Assembly (NCBI RefSeq): GCF_001644705.1
Contig: NZ_CP015137.1
Location: 3,450,001 to 3,482,000 of the forward strand
Reading direction: 5' to 3'
DNA: 32,000 bases
Source: Dickeya solani IPO 2222
Lineage (GTDB): Bacteria > Pseudomonadota > Gammaproteobacteria > Enterobacterales > Enterobacteriaceae
Shown here: positions 18,794 to 27,665 of the stretch, piece by piece
Layout: each line of letters begins with the position of its first letter
Numbering within the stretch: position 1 is the stretch's first letter
Translations under genes and position numbers: made by a program
The notes under the pieces: generated by a model
The model's input: only the letters and a program-made list of their open reading frames with translations
The model's database searches: none
What the model was told of the DNA's origin: nothing

Positions 18794-19261
18794 TCAGGCG
18801 CCTTTCAGGTAATCCAGCACGATGTCGTGGTGGTTACTGGTTTTGAACTCATTGAATACTTTTTCGATGTTACCCTCAGCGTCGATCAGAAAACTGACCC
18901 GGTGAATACCGTCATAGGTTTTCCCCATGAAGGTTTTTTCACCCCAAACGCCGAACTGTTCCGCCACCTGGTGACCCTCATCGGCCAGAAGGGTAAAGTT
19001 CAACAGCTCTTTTTCAGTAAAGCGGGACAGTTTTTCCGGTTTGTCGGTGCTGATGCCAAGAACTTCAACGCCGAACGTTTTCAGCTCGTCCATGCTATCG
19101 CGAAGCCCACAGGCTTGCACGGTGCAACCTGGTGTCATGGCCTTAGGATAGAAATACACCAACACCCGCTGTCCCTGGAAGTCGGCCAAATTAACTTGTT
19201 CGCCATCCTGATCGGGCAAGCCAAATTTCGGTGCAATATCACCGGCTTTCAGTGTGGTCAT
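18794..19261 (-). CDS. bcp: Thiol peroxidase Bcp (peroxiredoxin Q type)
   Basis: 155 aa from the ATG at 19261 (MTTLKAGDIAPKF...), with GGAGAA 7 nt upstream inside the end of gcvR. Has the catalytic motif TPGCTVQAC. The track's GTG at 19264 is one codon longer. Confidence 0.95.
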   Translation of the reverse strand: MTTLKAGDIAPKFGLPDQDGEQVNLADFQGQRVLVYFYPKAMTPGCTVQACGLRDSMDELKTFGVEVLGISTDKPEKLSRFTEKELLNFTLLADEGHQVAEQFGVWGEKTFMGKTYDGIHRVSFLIDAEGNIEKVFNEFKTSNHHDIVLDYLKGA

Positions 19262-19263
19262 CA

Positions 19264-19833
19264 CTATTCTCCATCTTTCTCTTCGTGCTGTGGATAGTTC
19301 ACAACGCTAATACTGCCTTGTGCGTGCAGTTCTGTACATAGCTGATGAAAGGCCGGCTCAATAATTGAACCTGCCAGCGCGGCCGGGCTGTGCGCCGTAA
19401 TCTGTATGTACAGTTGCGGCGGCGTATCGCCGTCGGCGGGGCGGGTTTTGGACACCAGCTCTGCGATATTCATTTGATGCGAATCGAACAGATCGGTAAA
19501 GCGTTCAATGATGTGTGGTGAGTCAGCGACATCGACCTTGACCCACACGGTGGCGGGCATCGGCGAGCGAGACTGCGATTCGGTGCGTTTCATCACGATC
19601 AGCAAATCCAGTTCGGCGCCCTTGAGCGGCAGGGTGGATTCAATAAGCGTAATCGCGTTCCAACTGCCGGACAGCAGCATGATGAAGGTGAACTCCGTGC
19701 CCAGCATCGCAAGTCGGCTATCTTCGATGTTGCAGCCACAACTGCTGACGTGGCGAGTAATCGTATTGACGATACCGGGACGGTCGGTCCCCAACGCGGT
19801 AATGACCAGATAGTGTTCTTGTGGGCGCGGCAA
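19264..19833 (-). CDS. gcvR: Glycine cleavage system transcriptional repressor GcvR (start uncertain: TTG 19833 preferred, ATG 19869 alternative)
   Basis: HYLVITALGTDRPGIVNTITRHVSSCGCNIEDSRLAMLG... is nearly identical to E. coli GcvR as I recall it. TTG 19833 has AGGAAG 7 nt upstream and gives 189 aa (E. coli about 190). ATG 19869 and GTG 19890 have no Shine-Dalgarno and add an odd hydrophobic N-terminus. Confidence 0.88.
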   Translation of the reverse strand: MPRPQEHYLVITALGTDRPGIVNTITRHVSSCGCNIEDSRLAMLGTEFTFIMLLSGSWNAITLIESTLPLKGAELDLLIVMKRTESQSRSPMPATVWVKVDVADSPHIIERFTDLFDSHQMNIAELVSKTRPADGDTPPQLYIQITAHSPAALAGSIIEPAFHQLCTELHAQGSISVVNYPQHEEKDGE

Positions 19834-19980
19834 AATAGTGCTTCCTGTACAAAATGTTGGGAGTAACATGGTAAACATAAAAAAAACCACCTGCCAAGCG
19901 CTGACAACCGCGGTTGCAAGCTTGCTTTTGCATAGAAGTCAAAAGTACCATGAAGCACTTGTTTGTGGAGGGGATGGCCA

Positions 19981-20859
19981 ATGTTTACGGGTAGTATTGT
20001 TGCTCTGGTTACGCCGATGGACGACAAAGGTGCCGTTGATCGCGCGAGCCTGAAAAAACTGATTGATTATCATGTCGCTAGCGGAACTTCCGCGATTGTG
20101 TCGGTGGGAACCACCGGCGAGTCCGCCACCTTGAGTCACGATGAGCATGGCGACGTGGTGATGCTGACGCTGGAACTGAGCGATGGTCGCATCCCGGTCA
20201 TCGCCGGCACCGGCGCTAATTCGACCGCTGAGGCGATTTCCCTTACCCAGCGTTTTAACGACACGGGCGTGGCCGGGTGCCTGACCGTGACGCCGTATTA
20301 CAATAAGCCGACCCAGAACGGCTTGTTCCTGCACTTCAAGGCGATTGCCGAGCACACCGACCTGCCGCAGATCCTCTACAACGTGCCGTCTCGTACCGGT
20401 TGCGACATGTTGCCTGAAACCGTCGCCCGTCTGTCGGAAATCAAAAATATTGTCGCAATCAAGGAAGCGACCGGGAACTTAAGCCGGGTCAGTCAGATCC
20501 AAGAGCTGGTTCATGAAGATTTCATTCTGCTGAGCGGTGATGACGCCAGCTCGCTGGACTTCATGCAACTGGGTGGTAACGGCGTGATTTCCGTGACAGC
20601 CAACATCGCAGCCCGCGAAATGGCGGCGTTGTGCGAGCTGGCGGCGCAAGGGAATTTCGTTGAAGCCCGCCGTCTGAATCAGCGTCTGATGCCGCTGCAT
20701 CAGAAACTGTTTGTTGAACCCAATCCGATTCCGGTGAAATGGGCCTGTAAGGCATTGGGATTGATGGCGACCGACACGCTTCGTCTGCCGATGACGCCGC
20801 TGACCGATGCCGGTCGCGACGTGATGGAGCAGGCTATGAAGCAGGCGGGTCTGCTGTAA
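19981..20859 (+). CDS. dapA: 4-hydroxy-tetrahydrodipicolinate synthase DapA
   Basis: 292 aa from the ATG at 19981 ([14 protein letters not shown]...), with GGAGGGGA 6 nt upstream. Has the GTTGES motif. The track start at 19963 is a TTG extension. Confidence 0.97.
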   Translation: MFTGSIVALVTPMDDKGAVDRASLKKLIDYHVASGTSAIVSVGTTGESATLSHDEHGDVVMLTLELSDGRIPVIAGTGANSTAEAISLTQRFNDTGVAGCLTVTPYYNKPTQNGLFLHFKAIAEHTDLPQILYNVPSRTGCDMLPETVARLSEIKNIVAIKEATGNLSRVSQIQELVHEDFILLSGDDASSLDFMQLGGNGVISVTANIAAREMAALCELAAQGNFVEARRLNQRLMPLHQKLFVEPNPIPVKWACKALGLMATDTLRLPMTPLTDAGRDVMEQAMKQAGLL

Positions 20860-20875
20860 CCGTTAGGGAGATTTG

Positions 20876-21916
20876 ATGAGTTCTTCACTGCAAAAGTCGA
20901 TGGTGGCAAAAGTTGTCGGTGTTTCGCTGATCATGTTGCTGGCCGCCTGTACCAGCGATCAACGCTACAAGCGTCAGGTCAACGGCGATGAATCCTATCT
21001 GAAAACCCCCGAGCACCGGGCGCTGAACGTGCCGTCCGGTCTGATTCTGCCGGTGCAGAATGGGGATTATGAGGTTCCTCCGGTCAACCAGAATGGGCTG
21101 GTAGGCAAGGCGCTGGATATTCGTCCGCCGATGCAGCCATTGGCTTTGTTGAATGGTTCCCGCGGTCAGGTGTCCGGCAATAGCGCCACGCTGCTGCTGG
21201 AAAACAATGCGCGCAACAGCAGCCTGTGGGCAGTGCTGACGCAGGTTCTCCAGTCGAAAGGCTATACGATTGCCAGCCGTCAGGACGCCAGCCGGACGCT
21301 GACGACCGATTGGGTCAACTGGAAGCGTGAAGACGAGGATGTGGCGCATCAGGCGCGTTACCAGATAAGCCTGCAGACGCAGGGGTATCAGTTGGCGCTG
21401 ACCGTGAAACTGCTGGATCTGCAGCAGAACACCAGCCCGGTGACGGAACGCAGCGAAATTCAGCGTTATACCGCGCTGATGCTCAACACGCTGTCCGATG
21501 AGCTGGACAAACGTCTGAACGATAACGACAGCGCGCAGGCCAGCCGTAACAGCCAGCAGTTGAATGTCCAGAGCGGTGCTGATGATTCCGGTCTGCCGTT
21601 GCTGGTGGTGCGCGGTTCCTACAATCAGGTATGGGACCGTCTGCCGAAGGCGATGGAAAAGATCGGTATGACCGTCAACGATCGCAGCCGTCCGCAGGGG
21701 TCGGTGTCGGTTAATTACAAGGCGCCGGGCAGCGGCACCTGGAATGAATTGGGCGCACACGACCCTGAATTGCCGAACGGGGATTACAAACTTCAAGTCG
21801 GTGATTTGGGTAACCGCAGCACGCTGCAATTCATCGATTCGAAAGGACATACGCTAAGCCAGTCGCAAAATGACGCGCTGGTCGCCGTGTTCCAGGCCGC
21901 GTTCAGCAAGTCGTAA
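20876..21916 (+). CDS. bamC: Outer-membrane protein assembly lipoprotein BamC (NlpB)
   Basis: Lipobox LLAAC followed by TSDQRYKRQVNGDESYL. C-terminus QSQNDALVAVFQAAFSKS. ATG 20876 has GGGAG 5 nt upstream. Confidence 0.95.
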   Translation: MSSSLQKSMVAKVVGVSLIMLLAACTSDQRYKRQVNGDESYLKTPEHRALNVPSGLILPVQNGDYEVPPVNQNGLVGKALDIRPPMQPLALLNGSRGQVSGNSATLLLENNARNSSLWAVLTQVLQSKGYTIASRQDASRTLTTDWVNWKREDEDVAHQARYQISLQTQGYQLALTVKLLDLQQNTSPVTERSEIQRYTALMLNTLSDELDKRLNDNDSAQASRNSQQLNVQSGADDSGLPLLVVRGSYNQVWDRLPKAMEKIGMTVNDRSRPQGSVSVNYKAPGSGTWNELGAHDPELPNGDYKLQVGDLGNRSTLQFIDSKGHTLSQSQNDALVAVFQAAFSKS

Positions 21917-21928
21917 AACGCAAGAACA

Positions 21929-22127
21929 TATATACCCAAAATAATTCGAGTTGCAGGACAAAACGCGTTGCGTTTTGAACAACGCAAAGCGTTGGCCCTT
22001 CGGGGCAAGACTCATTATGAGTCTTGTAACGCGGCGACGTAGCGAATCCCCAGGAGCTTACTCAGGTAAGTGACTGGGGTGAGCGAGGAAAGCCAACGCA
22101 CATGCAACTTGAATTATGATGGGTATA
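21929..22127. repeat. ERIC (IRU) element, enlarged variant with an internal insertion of about 74 bp
   Basis: Termini TATACCCAAAATAATTCGAGTTGCAGGA and TGCAACTTGAATTATGATGGGTATA are inverted repeats. The core AATCCCCAGGAGCTTACTCAGGTAAGTGACTGGGGTGAGCGAGGAAAGCCAACGCACATGCAACTTGAA matches the ERIC consensus as I recall it. The segment 21959-22032 is extra. Confidence 0.88.
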
Positions 22128-22156
22128 AGGGTCGGGTTTCCGGCCCTTCTTCATTT
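22127..22156 (+). terminator. Candidate terminator for dapA-bamC, abutting the ERIC right end
   Basis: AAGGGTCGG (22127-22135) pairs with CCGGCCCTT (22140-22148) with one G-U pair, loop GTTT, followed by CTTCATTT. Confidence 0.5.
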
Positions 22157-22239
22157 AGTCATCAACGTGATGGATTTAACAACACGTTCAATTAACGGGC
22201 CCGGTGCGGGTGGCCCTTACTTGTGTGGAGTAATAAAAG

Positions 22240-22953
22240 ATGCAAAAGCTAGCTGAGTTGTATCGCGGAAAAGCGAAAACGGTCTACACCACGGAAGATC
22301 CGGATCTGCTGGTGCTGGAGTTCCGCAATGATACGTCAGCAGGGGATGGCGCTCGCATTGAGCAGTTTGATCGTAAAGGGATGGTGAACAACAAGTTCAA
22401 CCACTTCATCATGACCAAGCTGGAAGAGGCCGGGATCCCGACCCAGATGGTGAGCCTGCTGTCCGACACCGAAGTGCTGGTGAAGAAGCTGGAGATGGTG
22501 CCGGTCGAGTGCGTGGTGCGTAACCGCGCAGCGGGTTCGCTGGTTAAACGTTTGGGTATCACGGAAGGTGAAATCCTCAATCCGCCGTTGTTCGATTTGT
22601 TCCTGAAAAACGACGCCATGCACGACCCGATGGTGAATGAGTCCTACTGCAAGACCTTCGGCTGGGTAAGCGAAGAGAATCTGGCGCGGATGAAAGAACT
22701 CAGCTACAAAGCCAATGAGGTGCTGAGCAAGCTGTTTGGCGACGCCGGTCTGATTCTGGTGGACTTCAAGCTGGAGTTCGGCCTGTTCAAAGGCGAAGTG
22801 GTGCTGGGTGATGAGTTCTCGCCGGATGGCAGCCGTCTGTGGGACAAAGAAACCCTGAACAAGATGGATAAAGACCGTTTCCGTCAGAGCCTGGGCGGCC
22901 TGATTGAAGCCTACGAGGAAGTCGCACACCGTCTGGGCGTTAAGCTGGACTAA
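22240..22953 (+). CDS. purC: SAICAR synthetase PurC
   Basis: 237 aa, [54 protein letters not shown]..., essentially collinear with E. coli PurC as I recall it. Confidence 0.97.
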   Translation: MQKLAELYRGKAKTVYTTEDPDLLVLEFRNDTSAGDGARIEQFDRKGMVNNKFNHFIMTKLEEAGIPTQMVSLLSDTEVLVKKLEMVPVECVVRNRAAGSLVKRLGITEGEILNPPLFDLFLKNDAMHDPMVNESYCKTFGWVSEENLARMKELSYKANEVLSKLFGDAGLILVDFKLEFGLFKGEVVLGDEFSPDGSRLWDKETLNKMDKDRFRQSLGGLIEAYEEVAHRLGVKLD

Positions 22954-23156
22954 CAGCGCAATCGTTTACGTTCTGGCAGGCGGCCTCTTTTCCGGTTGCC
23001 AGAACGAGCCTGTGGCCTGATGATGCCGAGGCTGTGCGTTTCCCCCGAATCTGTTACCGGCCTTTCCCAGGCAGCGTACAGTCTTTATGCTGTCGCTATT
23101 CAATGAATGTTATTATCTCCCGCCTACGCATTGACTGATTTCGGCAAGGATGTTTC

Positions 23157-23609
23157 ATGGCCTTTTTTGACCCAACTCTGCTTATTTTACTGGCGCTTGC
23201 CGCTCTCGGCATTATCAGCCAGAACATGACCGTTACGCTGGCTATTCTGTTTCTGGTGGTGGTGCGCATTACGCCGCTGAATCACTATTTCCCGTGGGTG
23301 GAAAAATATGGCCTGTCGTTTGGGGTGCTGGTGCTGACCATCGGGGTGATGGCGCCGATTGCCAGCGGCAAGATTTCCGCCAGCGACGTGTTCTACTCTT
23401 TTTTGAACTGGAAGTCGCTGCTGGCCGTGGCGATCGGCGTGGCCGTATCCTGGTTGGGCGGGCGAGGGGTGACATTGATGAGCAATCAGCCGTCGGTGGT
23501 GGCTGGCCTGCTGGTCGGTACCGTGATGGGCGTGGCGTTATTCCGCGGCGTACCGGTAGGGCCGCTGATTGCGGCGGGGTTGCTGTCGCTGCTGATCGGT
23601 AAAGGCTAA
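23157..23609 (+). CDS. yeaL: UPF0756/DUF441 inner-membrane protein (YeaL-like)
   Basis: 150 aa with four hydrophobic helices. Segments [30 protein letters not shown] and [18 protein letters not shown] match E. coli YeaL as I recall it. Confidence 0.85.
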   Translation: MAFFDPTLLILLALAALGIISQNMTVTLAILFLVVVRITPLNHYFPWVEKYGLSFGVLVLTIGVMAPIASGKISASDVFYSFLNWKSLLAVAIGVAVSWLGGRGVTLMSNQPSVVAGLLVGTVMGVALFRGVPVGPLIAAGLLSLLIGKG

Positions 23610-23628
23610 GTTTTCTTCGGGGTGTGTT

Positions 23629-25647
23629 GTGGAGTCTTTTGTTGTCAGCCAGCAATATCAGCAGCGTTACGGCATTCGCCGCCTATTGGTACTGAGCGGC
23701 CGTTCTGATTGGTGTGGCACTCAGGCACAGCGTCTGAGTGCTTTGCTGCCCGGCGACTGGCTGTGGGTCAGCGCGTCAGCGCCGGAGGGGGTTACGGCGA
23801 CACCGCCCCGCAACGTGCGTGGCGTGCTGGGCCGGGAGTTTCTGCACGCGGTGTTTGACGCCCGCGACGGTCTGGATGCGGAAGCGCTGGCGATGCTGGC
23901 TGGCGCGCTCAGGGCCGGTAGCTGGCTACTGCTGTTGGGTCCGGAGTGGGACCGCTGGCCCGATTGTCCGGATGCGGACAGCCTGCGCTGGAGCGAGCAA
24001 CCGGAGGCGATTGCCACCTCTCGATTTATCCGGCACGTGCAGCATCAGCTGTTGACCGATGATGAGGTTGTCCTGTGGCGCCAGCAGGACGCCGAGCCGA
24101 TGATAGCGCTTCCCCATCGCCGTTCGGACTGGCTGCCCGCTACCGGCGACGCGACCTCCTGTCAGCAGGCTATATTGCAGCAATTGCTACACACGTCCTG
24201 CGCAGTGTCCGTGATCACCGCGCCGCGTGGACGCGGCAAGTCGACGCTGGCCGGCATGCTGGCGCGCCAGTGTCAGGGCGTCTGCTGGGTGAGCGCGCCA
24301 TCCCGTGCCGCCGGCGAGATCCTGTTACGTCAGGCCGAGGACGCGGCAACGTTCTGGGCGCCCGACGCACTGTTGGTGTTCTGCCGGCAACATGGCGCAC
24401 CACCGGTGGAGTGGTTGTTAATCGATGAGGCGGCGGCGATTCCAGCTCCGGTACTGCAGGCGCTGTTGCCGTTTTTCCACCGGGTGGTGATGACGACTAC
24501 GGTACAAGGGTATGAGGGGACGGGGCGCGGTTTTCTGCTCAAATTTTGTGCGTCGTTGCCGGACTGGCAGTCTATTGAGCTGACGGCGCCGCTGCGCTGG
24601 GCAGAACAGGATCCGCTGGAGAATATCATCGATCGGGTGATGCTGTTTGACGCCGAAAAACAGGTGCCGGAACGGCTGCCGGGGGCACCGGCGATCCGTT
24701 TGGAACGGCGCGACGACTGGTTGAGTCAGCCTGAACGCCTTGCCGGGTGCTATGGGTTGCTATGCAGCGCTCATTATCGCACCTCGCCGCTGGATTTACG
24801 CCGTTTGCTGGATGCGCCCGGCATGCATATCGCCAGTGCCTGTGTCGAAGAGCAGGTTGGTGGCGTTATCTGGCTGGTGGATGAAGGCGGGTTGTCGCAA
24901 ACGCTGGCGCAGGACGTCTGGGCCGGACGACGCCGGCCGAGAGGCAATCTGGTGGCGCAGTCGCTGGCGGCGCATGGCAACCAATGGCAAGCGCCGGTAT
25001 TGCGGTCACGACGCATCAGCCGCATTGCGGTACTGGCGGCGCAGCGTGGTCAAGGGATCGGGCAGGCGTTGGTCCGGGAACAGCAGCAATGGGCGCAGCA
25101 GGAACAGCGGGATTTTCTGTCGGTCAGCTTCGGTTTTCAGCCGGCACTGTGGCGGTTCTGGCAGCGTTGCGGGTTTCAACTGGTGCGTATCGGCAGCCAT
25201 ATCGACGCCAGCAGCGGGTGTTACAGCGCGATGGCATTGCTTCCGCTCAGCGAGGCGGGTAGCGCGCTGACGGCGTCAGCACACAATGAACTGCTCCGGG
25301 ACTGGTTCTGGCTGCGGCGTGATATCCCGCTGGCGCTGGATTTGCCGTTGATGGCGGATCAGACGTTCACAGTGGAAGACTGGCGCAATCTGGTGGGGTT
25401 CGCCGGGGCCCACCGTCCACCCGAGGCCTGTCAGGGGGCGTTGTCACGGTTGATGATGCGATCGCCGATGGCATTAACCGCCTTGAGGCTATGGCTTGAG
25501 CAAGGGCGGAACGTGACGGAGTGCGTTCATCTGCTGCAACTGACGGGTAGAAAGGCGCTGGTTCAGCGCTGGCGGGTGGAAACGGCTCAGGCGCTGCGCC
25601 AGTTGGATGAAGCTGAATGGCAACGCTGGCATGACACTGTTTTATAG
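23629..25647 (+). CDS. tmcA: tRNA(Met) cytidine acetyltransferase TmcA
   Basis: 672 aa from a GTG start. Has GIRRLLVLSG, Walker A APRGRGKST, TTTVQGYEGTGRGFLLKF, SAHYRTSPLDLRRLLDAPG and the GNAT segment RIAVLAAQRGQGIGQALV. Collinear with E. coli TmcA (YpfI) as I recall it. Confidence 0.93.
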   Translation: MESFVVSQQYQQRYGIRRLLVLSGRSDWCGTQAQRLSALLPGDWLWVSASAPEGVTATPPRNVRGVLGREFLHAVFDARDGLDAEALAMLAGALRAGSWLLLLGPEWDRWPDCPDADSLRWSEQPEAIATSRFIRHVQHQLLTDDEVVLWRQQDAEPMIALPHRRSDWLPATGDATSCQQAILQQLLHTSCAVSVITAPRGRGKSTLAGMLARQCQGVCWVSAPSRAAGEILLRQAEDAATFWAPDALLVFCRQHGAPPVEWLLIDEAAAIPAPVLQALLPFFHRVVMTTTVQGYEGTGRGFLLKFCASLPDWQSIELTAPLRWAEQDPLENIIDRVMLFDAEKQVPERLPGAPAIRLERRDDWLSQPERLAGCYGLLCSAHYRTSPLDLRRLLDAPGMHIASACVEEQVGGVIWLVDEGGLSQTLAQDVWAGRRRPRGNLVAQSLAAHGNQWQAPVLRSRRISRIAVLAAQRGQGIGQALVREQQQWAQQEQRDFLSVSFGFQPALWRFWQRCGFQLVRIGSHIDASSGCYSAMALLPLSEAGSALTASAHNELLRDWFWLRRDIPLALDLPLMADQTFTVEDWRNLVGFAGAHRPPEACQGALSRLMMRSPMALTALRLWLEQGRNVTECVHLLQLTGRKALVQRWRVETAQALRQLDEAEWQRWHDTVL

Positions 25648-25719
25648 AGATGATTGTTTTATAGAGAAGATTGTTTTGTAGCGAAGATTGTTTTATAGCG
25701 AGAATGGCGTTATAGCGAA
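25635..25719. repeat. 17-bp tandem repeat, 5 copies, first copy containing the tmcA stop codon
   Basis: Copies: cactgttttatagagat 25635-25651, gattgttttatagagaa 25652-25668, gattgttttgtagcgaa 25669-25685, gattgttttatagcgag 25686-25702, aatggcgttatagcgaa 25703-25719. Confidence 0.92.
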
Positions 25720-25954
25720 AGAAGTGGTTTCCTTTTCTAAATTCATTTCAAGTGGTGTCGATCACAATTTTGTAACCTGACCTGTGATTCAGCCAGCCGG
25801 TTTCCTGCGTTCATATACACTGATCCTGATACAGGATAATGGAATGACTTGTTCAATAAACCTCAATATTGACCCGCTATCGAGGGGCGTATAGTGACAA
25901 CTGAAATGTTTTGAACGGACGGTTTCCCCTAAAGGTAACCGCAGGAGAGGCGAT

Positions 25955-26641
25955 ATGAAGCATGACTATTTTGTGGTGCAAAATCCACCTTCACCTAAGC
26001 AGTTATTTTTGCTATTTCATGGCGTGGGCGACAATCCGGTTTCCATGGGGCAGGTCGGTCGTTATTTTGCCGAGGCGTTCCCTATGGCGCAGGTTATCAG
26101 CGTTGGCGGTCCTGAAGCGATTGGCCTGGGTGAAGGGCGTCAGTGGTTTTCGGTACAGGGTATCACTGAGGAGAATCGCGCCCGGCGTGTTAACGCCATT
26201 ATGCCGCGGTTTGTCGAGACCGTTCGCTACTGGCAGGAAACCACGGGAATCGATTATTCCCATACCGCGCTGATCGGTTTCTCTCAAGGGTCGATCATGA
26301 TCCTTGAGGCATTGAAAGTGGAGAAAAATCTGGCCGGGCGGGCGGTGGCGTTTAGCGGTCGCTTTGCCGCTTTGCCGGAGCAGCCGCTGCATGATGTCGT
26401 GGTTCACCTGATTCATGGTGAGGAGGACCCGGTGATTACGGCGGATCACGCTCGCCAGGCTGCGCAGAGTCTGAAGGCTCAGGGCTCGGATTTCACTTTG
26501 GATCTGGTGCCGCAACTGGGGCATGCCATTGACGCTCGCATGATGGATAACGCGATAGATCGGCTGCATCATTACATCCCGAAACGCTTCTGGGATGAGG
26601 CTGTGATGGGTGCACGCGGCGAGCTGGTGGCATTTCGTTAA
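25955..26641 (+). CDS. ypfH: Alpha/beta-hydrolase esterase YpfH (phospholipase/carboxylesterase family)
   Basis: 228 aa. MKHDYFVVQ...LFHGVGDN, nucleophile elbow GFSQGS, and HLIHGEEDPVI. GGAGAGG lies upstream of the ATG. Confidence 0.87.
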   Translation: MKHDYFVVQNPPSPKQLFLLFHGVGDNPVSMGQVGRYFAEAFPMAQVISVGGPEAIGLGEGRQWFSVQGITEENRARRVNAIMPRFVETVRYWQETTGIDYSHTALIGFSQGSIMILEALKVEKNLAGRAVAFSGRFAALPEQPLHDVVVHLIHGEEDPVITADHARQAAQSLKAQGSDFTLDLVPQLGHAIDARMMDNAIDRLHHYIPKRFWDEAVMGARGELVAFR

Positions 26642-26712
26642 TCGGCTGGCATTGGGCTAACCGACAGGCAGTGCGCTTACCGTCATCAGCAAGAAGGTCG
26701 CCATAAACAAGA

Positions 26713-26755
26713 AGGCCGGGTCGCTATCAGGTGGCCCGGCCTCATGGTTTTTAGC
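26713..26755. terminator. Bidirectional terminator between convergent ypfH and ypfN
   Basis: AGGCCGGGTCGC (26713-26724) pairs with GTGGCCCGGCCT (26731-26742), 12 bp including two G-U pairs. It is followed by CATGGTTTTT on the plus strand and by TTCTTGTTT on the minus strand. Confidence 0.7.
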
Positions 26756-26763
26756 GTGTGGAG

Positions 26764-26952
26764 TCAGGGCTTTTTCTGCGGCCAGTCGTCCTCGTCGTCC
26801 CACTGCGCATTATTATCGCGGTGCGGCGGCAACGGCGGTTTGTCATGCAGAAAACGTTTATGGTCAAGGCGGCTCAGTTCCTTGATGCCGTTGACCAACA
26901 TTCCCAGCAACACCAGCAGTATTACCCACCAGTAATCAGCCAGCCATCCCAT
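26764..26952 (-). CDS. ypfN: Small single-pass membrane protein YpfN (UPF0370)
   Basis: 62 aa, [48 protein letters not shown]. Same architecture and motifs as E. coli YpfN as I recall it. Confidence 0.85.
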   Translation of the reverse strand: MGWLADYWWVILLVLLGMLVNGIKELSRLDHKRFLHDKPPLPPHRDNNAQWDDEDDWPQKKP

Positions 26953-26990
26953 GGTTGTTCCTCATATACAGATATCCCGTAGCAACGGGG

Positions 26991-27665
26991 TTATTGTGTC
27001 TCAACAGACAGTATAAAGCGCTGGAACAACATCGGCAGATTCGGCTCCAGCCAGCCCCGGCCGGCGATGTCTTCGCCCTGCCAGGCTTGCCGGATGTGTT
27101 CAGGCGTTAACTGGGCCATGGCGAGACGGGCCAGCGGCGCATAGCTGAGATGCCAGGGTTCAATGGCGATGCCGCCGCTATCCTGCGCGAACGGCCGGTA
27201 AAAGTCGAATGCGGCCATGTGTTGCGTCAGCCAGTCGCTGAGTTCGGCAAAGTAACCGCCTGGCTGGTATTCCCACGGCTCCAGTTGCAGTTTTTGGCCG
27301 GCGGGCAAGTGGTCGGGGTCATAAATATCCAGATCGCTACCCCAGTGATGACGGCTGCCACCGGGTAGCGCCGACCAGCGCAGGATCGCCTCGCAACGCG
27401 CGCCTTCGGCCAGCGTGAGCGCGTCTAACGGCTGGCTGTGTTGATCCAGCAACGGGCGTTGGCCGGTAAACTTGCCGTTCCAGATTTGCCGTTGGCGCAC
27501 AAAATTCCGGAATGTACTGGCCGGTTGCAGATTGAATCCATCCTGCTGCGCCGCCTGCTGCATGGACGTAAACGCCGTGACTGCCTCGGGTTGCAGGCGA
27601 TGCGACCCGCTTAGCGTCACCAAATGGCGGTCGCTTTTGCCGGTCAGACAGGCGGAAGACATCAT
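26991..27665 (-). CDS. M15B (VanY-like) D-alanyl-D-alanine carboxypeptidase-family metallopeptidase, no signal peptide
   Basis: 224 aa from the ATG at 27665, whose ATGA overlaps the dapE stop. Has zinc and catalytic motifs [11 protein letters not shown] (SxHxxGxxxD) and EPWHLSY (ExxH). The track start at 27734 would overlap dapE by 73 nt and is rejected. Confidence 0.8.
   Translation of the reverse strand: MMSSACLTGKSDRHLVTLSGSHRLQPEAVTAFTSMQQAAQQDGFNLQPASTFRNFVRQRQIWNGKFTGQRPLLDQHSQPLDALTLAEGARCEAILRWSALPGGSRHHWGSDLDIYDPDHLPAGQKLQLEPWEYQPGGYFAELSDWLTQHMAAFDFYRPFAQDSGGIAIEPWHLSYAPLARLAMAQLTPEHIRQAWQGEDIAGRGWLEPNLPMLFQRFILSVETQ

Noticed and set aside
22262-22290. Possible PurR box within or near the start of purC (GGAAAAGCGAAAACGGTCT).
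   Set aside because: It matches the PurR palindrome poorly, and I cannot recall the E. coli purC operator well enough to support the call.
22969-23006. 10-bp stem (CGTTCTGGCA pairing with TGCCAGAACG) after purC, considered as the purC terminator.
   Set aside because: It has an 18-nt loop and no U-tract on either side. It may still be an RNA-stability element, but it does not meet intrinsic-terminator criteria.
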